In this document: positions 59,041 through 64,000 of the stretch, piece by piece
How the letters are laid out: the number at the start of each line of letters is the position of its first letter
Position numbering within the stretch: position 1 is the first letter of the stretch
Origin: Sumerlaeia bacterium
GTDB lineage: Bacteria; Sumerlaeota; Sumerlaeia; SLMS01; JAHLLQ01
Direction of reading: 5' to 3'
Length of the DNA: 64,000 nucleotides
Assembly: GCA_040219255.1 (NCBI GenBank)
Contig: JAVJSW010000068.1
Span: 224,001-288,000 of the forward strand
The notes under the pieces: model-generated
Databases searched by the model: none
The model's input: the letters and a program-made list of their open reading frames with translations, nothing else
Told to the model about the DNA's origin: nothing
Translations under genes and position numbers: made by a program

Positions 59041-59118
59041 CGGGCCCTGGCTCAACCGGTAGAGCATCCGCCTGTTATAAGCGGAAGGTTCCGGGTTCGA
59101 TCCCCGGGGGCCCAGCCA
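59041..59118 (+). tRNA. tRNA-like gene of undetermined identity with a 9-nt anticodon loop
   Basis: C-GGGCCC/GGGCCC-A acceptor, GCTC/GAGC D stem, TCCGC-CTGTTATAA-GCGGA anticodon arm, CCGGG-TTCGATC-CCCGG T arm, G73 and CCA. Confidence 0.8.
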
Positions 59119-59253
59119 TCGTATGTCCGTTCGCGGAAGACGTCGGAACTCTGGCCCGCCCACTGCCGCCAAGCTTTCTCGCTCTCGGGTTCGGCAGACT
59201 CGCCGGTCATTGTGTCTTCCCACCGCCTTCGACCCGTTCGTGGCGGGGCGGGG

Positions 59254-59724
59254 TCAATCCTCGAGATAGTCTTCCCGCGAGAGCACTTCGAGAACATAGT
59301 ACACGCATTTGCGAAGTAAGAAAGGGCTTTGCGCTTCGAAGTCACCGGCGGTGATGAAGGCTCGGGCCCCGGCGCGGGTTCGGGCGGAGAAGTCTTCCCA
59401 ACTCTCGGCGCCTTCGTCCCACATCGGATCGGGGGTCCACCGGGGCATGGTCTTGCGTTTGGACTTGTCCAGCAGATAGGCGCTGGCGGTTTGGCCCGGG
59501 TGGGCGAATTCGACCAGCAGGCAGGGCTGGACGGCGAGGATGGCACAGCCGTCCCGCGCCAAAAAGTCCAGGCCGGCGAGCGCGTCGTCCCGGCGCCAGG
59601 CGCTCCGGCCATCGGGCAGGGGAAAGGCGCGAGCCTGGAACCGGGCGGCGCTGTCGGGCGCCGGCGGCAGCCGTTTCCCGCTCTCCCGCAGCAGATAAAG
59701 CATCATTCGAATCGCAGCGATCAT
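59254..59724 (-). CDS. Hypothetical protein resembling Imm40-type immunity proteins
   Basis: AWRRDDALAGLDFLARDGCAIL...ESWEDFSARTRAGARAFI pattern; family assigned by eye. Confidence 0.55.
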   Translation of the reverse strand: MIAAIRMMLYLLRESGKRLPPAPDSAARFQARAFPLPDGRSAWRRDDALAGLDFLARDGCAILAVQPCLLVEFAHPGQTASAYLLDKSKRKTMPRWTPDPMWDEGAESWEDFSARTRAGARAFITAGDFEAQSPFLLRKCVYYVLEVLSREDYLED

Positions 59725-59906
59725 GAACCCGGGGCTTCCTTTTGCGGCTCGTTTTTCCCATGGCGCACGCTTTGCGGCATGGGGGCGATGGAAAGAGTGA
59801 CGTGTCGTGATTCTTTGGAGCGGGAAAGTCTTGTGGGGCGGTGTCCAGCCCGGTTAGTGCTCGCTCGATTTCCATCATCCCCCCCGGAAGGAGGCGGCGC
59901 CACCCC

Positions 59907-60662
59907 ATGGAAGGCAACCCCGGCGGCATCAGCCGCGACGCCCACCTGTTTCATCTCAAGCAATGCCCCCTGTTTCAGCAACTGAGCCCCGACGAACTGA
60001 ACGCGGTTTTCAATGCGTCGCAGATGGTGACGCTCGATGCACGCCAGAATATCCCGCCGAGTTCGAAGGGCGAACCGAGTGTCTGGGTGGTCAAGCGGGG
60101 CCACGTCAGCCTCTGCTACGTCGGCCCCGACGGCCGCGACGGTGTGGTCGTGATTCTCGGTCCGGGCGACCTGTTTGGCGCGCGGATGTCCGCGCCCGGC
60201 GAAGAAGCGGCCGAGGAAGAAAGCTACGGCGAGGTGCCTGTCACCCTCACCAGCGCCTGCCTTTGCCGCCTCAGCGTGAAGAAGCTGGAGGCTTTGCTGC
60301 TCCGTTATCCGAACATATCGTACTCCCTGAATAAGGCGAATTTCCGCCGCATTCATAAACTGCATGTCCGCATGGCGGACCTGATGATGCGGCCGGTGGA
60401 TCAGCGGGTCGCCATCGCCCTGCTGGATTTGGCCCAGATCGCCAGCACGGCCGGCGCCGATGGGTCGCGGACGCTGGATTTCACCGTCTCCCAGCGCGAA
60501 CTGTCCACCCTGGTCGGGAGCAGCCGCGAAATGGTGACGCGCGTGATGCAGCAGTTCCGTAAGAGCGGCCTGGTGCATTTCGAGCGGCGCATCATCACGC
60601 TGTGCGATGTGGCGCGACTCGAGGCCCTCGGCGGGCGCGTCGGCGCTCCGGCGGCGTCCTGA
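59907..60662 (+). CDS. Crp/Fnr family transcriptional regulator
   Basis: CPLFQQLS, LGPGDLFG (cNMP domain) and SQRELSTLVGSSREMVTR (HTH). Confidence 0.9.
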   Translation: MEGNPGGISRDAHLFHLKQCPLFQQLSPDELNAVFNASQMVTLDARQNIPPSSKGEPSVWVVKRGHVSLCYVGPDGRDGVVVILGPGDLFGARMSAPGEEAAEEESYGEVPVTLTSACLCRLSVKKLEALLLRYPNISYSLNKANFRRIHKLHVRMADLMMRPVDQRVAIALLDLAQIASTAGADGSRTLDFTVSQRELSTLVGSSREMVTRVMQQFRKSGLVHFERRIITLCDVARLEALGGRVGAPAAS

Positions 60663-60779
60663 GAGCAATTCTATGCGGGATGATTTTTTTCCACAAGAAG
60701 TTGCTCTTGCCCGATGGGGCCGCCCCGCCCAGCATCGGCGAATCCTATCACGATGCTCACCGGTGCCGGGGATCCGCCC

Positions 60780-62366
60780 ATGTTTTTCTCCTTTTCACGA
60801 TCAGTCCGTCTCGCCTTGGCGCCGGCCCTCTTGACCGTCGCGGGGGCACTGGCCGCTCCTCCCGCACTCCAGGGCATCCCGCCCGCCACGGCCTTCACCG
60901 ATCAGGGCGGCACCCTTCTCGGCGGCGATCTCTACGAATTGCGCAGCGCCTCCTTCGCCGACATCGACAACGATGGCGATCTGGACATTCTGCTCCAGGG
61001 CTCGACGGATTCGCGGCGGCTCTATCGCAACCTCCTGATCGAGAACGGCAGCCTGGCCTTTGAGGACATCACCGCCACCCACGGTCCCGCCGCCAACGAC
61101 ACCTCGGGCTGGAGCGCGGCCTGGGGCGATTACAATGGCGATGGCCTGGTGGATGTGTTCCTGGGTCAGACCAACGGCGGCTCCTCGCGCGGCGATCTCT
61201 TTCGAAACGATGGTGCGGCGGGATTCACCGATGTATCGGCGACGACGATCAACGACCCGGGTTTCGCGCAGAACGTGGCATGGGCCGACATCGATAACGA
61301 TCGCGACCTGGACCTGCTGATCGCCATGGAAGGCCCCGAAAAGCACGAGGTCTATATCCAGGAGGTCGATGGCTCCTTTACCCAATCGGGCCTGGCCACG
61401 GGGTTTCAGGCGCCCTTTGGCACCAAGTGCTACGGCATGGCCATCGGCGACCCGGACGCCGATGGCGACATGGATGTGTACCTGTCCACATGCCGCGTGG
61501 GAGGCAACATCCGGAACAATTTCTTCGAGAACCGCACCGTCGAGGACGGCGCCCTGGCGTTCGTGGATATCGCCGACACAAACGGCACGCAGTACCTGCC
61601 CAACAGCTACGCTACCCAGTTCCTGGACTTTGACGACGACGGCGACCTGGACCTGTTCATGTCCGGCGCGGATCAGGAAGACAACAAGATCTGGCGCAAC
61701 GACGGCGGCGGCGCCTGGACCGATGTGGACACGATCACGGGGACGCCTCTGACGCCGAACAACGGCGGCGATTTCAACGGCGCCCGCGCCATCGATTACG
61801 ACAACGACGGCGACTTGGACCTGTTTTTCCACGACCACAAGCCCTTCAACGGGGTAACCAACGCTCGCTCGCTCTTTCGCAACGAGGGCGATTGGGCATT
61901 TGTTGAGGTCACCGCCGACGCCGGCATCGCGGCCCTAAACGAGGGCGCCTACGACAGCGCCTGGGGCGATGTGGATAACGATGGCGATCTGGATTTGCTG
62001 GCGCCGACGGACGGCAGTTTCCCCACCCGCCTGTTCCTGAGCGATGCGTCGGAGAACGGCAACCACTGGGTCCAGGTGCGGCTGCGCGGCATCGCGCCCA
62101 ACACGCGGGCCATCGGCGCGGCGCTCTATGTGACGGTCAACGCGGGCACGCCCCAGGAACGCACCTATCGCCGCGACGCGAACACGAATGCGGGGGCCTT
62201 CAACCAGAGCGACACGCCGGTGCATTTCGGCCTGGGCGCGGCCTCGGTCATCGACCGCCTGCGCATCGTCTGGCCTGGCGGGCGCGAGCAGGTGATCGAT
62301 AACCCGGCCGTGGACATGCTGCACGTGATTGATTTTCCGCAGTTTGCGGGGGTGATGGTCAGGTGA
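60780..62366 (+). CDS. Secreted FG-GAP/CRTAC1 repeat protein with ASPIC/UnbV domain
   Basis: Repeated DxDNDGDLD motifs, GNHWVQVRLRG..NTRAIGA, VHFGLG and IVWPGG. Confidence 0.9.
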   Translation: MFFSFSRSVRLALAPALLTVAGALAAPPALQGIPPATAFTDQGGTLLGGDLYELRSASFADIDNDGDLDILLQGSTDSRRLYRNLLIENGSLAFEDITATHGPAANDTSGWSAAWGDYNGDGLVDVFLGQTNGGSSRGDLFRNDGAAGFTDVSATTINDPGFAQNVAWADIDNDRDLDLLIAMEGPEKHEVYIQEVDGSFTQSGLATGFQAPFGTKCYGMAIGDPDADGDMDVYLSTCRVGGNIRNNFFENRTVEDGALAFVDIADTNGTQYLPNSYATQFLDFDDDGDLDLFMSGADQEDNKIWRNDGGGAWTDVDTITGTPLTPNNGGDFNGARAIDYDNDGDLDLFFHDHKPFNGVTNARSLFRNEGDWAFVEVTADAGIAALNEGAYDSAWGDVDNDGDLDLLAPTDGSFPTRLFLSDASENGNHWVQVRLRGIAPNTRAIGAALYVTVNAGTPQERTYRRDANTNAGAFNQSDTPVHFGLGAASVIDRLRIVWPGGREQVIDNPAVDMLHVIDFPQFAGVMVR

Positions 62367-62372
62367 TTGAAT

Positions 62373-62518
62373 AGGAGCGCGGGCTTCCAGCCCGTGACCG
62401 GCGCGCCTTCTCCCACGTCATAAGCCGTGCTCCTAGGGCAACTTTCAGCAGACGAAGCCCATCGGCTGCGGTAGGAGTCGGGGCGTGGCTGGTCACGGGC
62501 GGGACGCCCGTGCTACAC
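62373..62518. repeat. REPIN/MITE-like element family B, copy 2
   Basis: GCGCGGGCTTCCAGCCCGTGACC ... GGTCACGGGCGGGACGCCCGTGCTAC inverted ends. Confidence 0.65.
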
Positions 62519-62554
62519 AGGTCAGTTCAATTCCCAGAGCGCTCCCCCCCCCCC

Positions 62555-63439
62555 ATGATCCTCGTCGCCGGCATCGTCAACGTCGAAACCACCTTGCGGG
62601 TCGAAGGCTTTCCCGTCGATTACGCCAAATCCCGCTTCGCCTTCCACGGCGTCAGCGACCGCCTCGGCGGCGTCGGCTACAACGTGGCGGCGGGGTTGGC
62701 GGCATTGGGGGCCGGGGTGCGGCTCGTGGCGACGGTCGGCGGGGATCTGGCGGGGGCGACGATCCGGGGCGAGCTGGCGAAGCTGCCGGGCCTCGACACC
62801 TCGGCACTGGCCGAGGTCCCGGGCGGATCACTGCGCAGCGTGGTGCTGGTCGATCCAGAGGGCGCCGGGGCGATTTTCACGGACCTGAAGGACGCGCAGG
62901 ACCTGGCTTTTCCAGAGGACCGGTTCGAGGCCGCCCTCGACGGCGCGACGCATCTGCACGCGACCAACATCAACTGGGCCCACGCCTGCGCCGCCCGCGC
63001 CCGCGAACGCGGCCTGCCGGTCTCGACCGATGTTCAAGCCATCGGCGACCTCCTCGGCGACGCCTACAACCGGCGCTTTCTCGAACTGGCGGACATCGTG
63101 TTTTTCAGCGGCGAGAACCTCGGCGCCCCGCCCGGGGACGCCCTCGCGGCGGTGCTGGCGAACTACCCGGCGCGGCTCGTCATCTGCACCGCAGGCGCCC
63201 GCGGCGTCTGGGCGGCGGAGCGCGGCGCGCCCGCCATCGTCCACCAACCCGCCCCCGAAATCGACAAAACCCCCAACGCCACCGGCGCGGGCGACGCCTT
63301 CGCCGCAGGTTTCCTGCGGGCCTACCGCGCGGGCGGAATGGGCCTCGCGGAGTCCCTCGCCATCGGCCAACGCGTCGCGGCCCTGCGGATCACGACGCAC
63401 GGCGGGCGGTGGCCGGGGTGGGGGGAATTAAAGGGGTAA
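62555..63439 (+). CDS. PfkB family carbohydrate kinase
   Basis: GGVGYNVAAGLAALG and NATGAGDAFAAGF motifs. Confidence 0.9.
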   Translation: MILVAGIVNVETTLRVEGFPVDYAKSRFAFHGVSDRLGGVGYNVAAGLAALGAGVRLVATVGGDLAGATIRGELAKLPGLDTSALAEVPGGSLRSVVLVDPEGAGAIFTDLKDAQDLAFPEDRFEAALDGATHLHATNINWAHACAARARERGLPVSTDVQAIGDLLGDAYNRRFLELADIVFFSGENLGAPPGDALAAVLANYPARLVICTAGARGVWAAERGAPAIVHQPAPEIDKTPNATGAGDAFAAGFLRAYRAGGMGLAESLAIGQRVAALRITTHGGRWPGWGELKG

Positions 63440-63582
63440 CACGGGTGTCTCACCCGTGGACCGGCCAGCCTTCTGCGACGCCGATTGGCCGTTGAGAAAG
63501 AGTGGCTTTCAGAGGCCGATGACATCCGGCCACTTCGGATCCAGAATCCCCGCCGGACACGGCCGAGACGGCCGTGCGACAC
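63434..63582. repeat. REPIN/MITE-like element family B, copy 3
   Basis: GTAACACGGGTGTCTCACCCGTG ... CACGGCCGAGACGGCCGTGCGAC inverted ends. Confidence 0.65.
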
Positions 63583-63600
63583 AGATTCGGTCCCCCCTCC

Positions 63601-63733
63601 CCCGTTGTCTGATAAGTGTATCTTGTCTTTCTTGTGCCGTAAGCTCCACATGAGGGGACAAACGGCCAGGCCTGTGAGAGGCTCCTTCCAACGTTCCGCC
63701 ACGCGGCGGCCCAAGGAGCTTCACACCATGACT
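63601..63733. repeat. Conserved structured intergenic element, copy 2
   Basis: Homologous to 34547-34690. Confidence 0.85.
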
Positions 63734-63765
63734 TCCCACATCCCCTTCGCTGTTCCGAGCGAATC

Positions 63766-64000
63766 CTATTCGTCCGCCCCGTCCATTTCGTCCAGCTCTT
63801 CCTCCCGGCGTTCCTCGCGGGGGGATTTCTCCGGCGCTGTGTCCACCGCGAAGGCGCTCTCGCCTTCGAAGACCGGGTTGCGTTCGCCGTTGCCGTCGTC
63901 GCACCACGAGCCGGCGCGGGGCGGGGGGTCCATCAGGTCTTCGATGCGCCAGAGTTCCTGGCCCACACACCCGATCAGGGCGCCGTCTTCGCCCAGAACC
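63766..64000 (-). CDS. 3' end of a hypothetical protein entering from beyond the window
   Basis: Open frame ...VLGEDGALIGCVGQELWRIEDLMD...DEMDGADE* with host-like codon usage. Confidence 0.5.
   Translation of the reverse strand, partial: VLGEDGALIGCVGQELWRIEDLMDPPPRAGSWCDDGNGERNPVFEGESAFAVDTAPEKSPREERREEELDEMDGADE

Noticed and set aside
59228-59258. Y-RNA Ro-binding stem (TTCGACC...GGTCAA)
   Set aside because: The motif halves are not in the Y-RNA order and there is no Ro60 gene in the window. It is more likely a terminator hairpin between convergent units.

Overview
A high-GC bacterial chromosomal window with no rRNA, no CRISPR array and no recognisable transposase or integrase. The style of the secreted proteins tentatively suggests Candidatus Sumerlaeota or a PVC-like lineage (inference only). 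Most genes are housekeeping or envelope genes: infB, recQ, hsp20-lon, folC, larB, ldh, tgt, yicC, pilC, SMUG1, two tandem dacB paralogues, a minor-pilin trio, a Ser/Thr kinase, STAS/anti-sigma genes and two GT-C glycosyltransferases. Several REP/REPIN-like repeat families sit between them. Three areas stand out. (1) At 55.9-59.2 kb, a tandem pair of RlaP/YcgL-type Pol-beta nucleotidyltransferases is followed by about 1.6 kb of largely non-coding, hairpin-rich DNA. That stretch holds a putative leader ORF and two non-canonical CCA-encoding tRNA genes: a Leu(CAG) with no long variable arm, enclosed by inverted REPs, and a tRNA with a 9-nt anticodon loop and a C1:A72 mismatch. This is a candidate tRNA-repair or translation-stress module. 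(2) At 36.2-47.8 kb, four co-oriented exported proteins: a 13-Cys peptide and a membrane-anchored partner sharing an AT-rich cassette, an animal-type protein-arginine deiminase, and a roughly 2530-aa surface protein. (3) A structured element of about 140 bp with a loosely dif-like 5' end occurs twice (34.55 and 63.60 kb).
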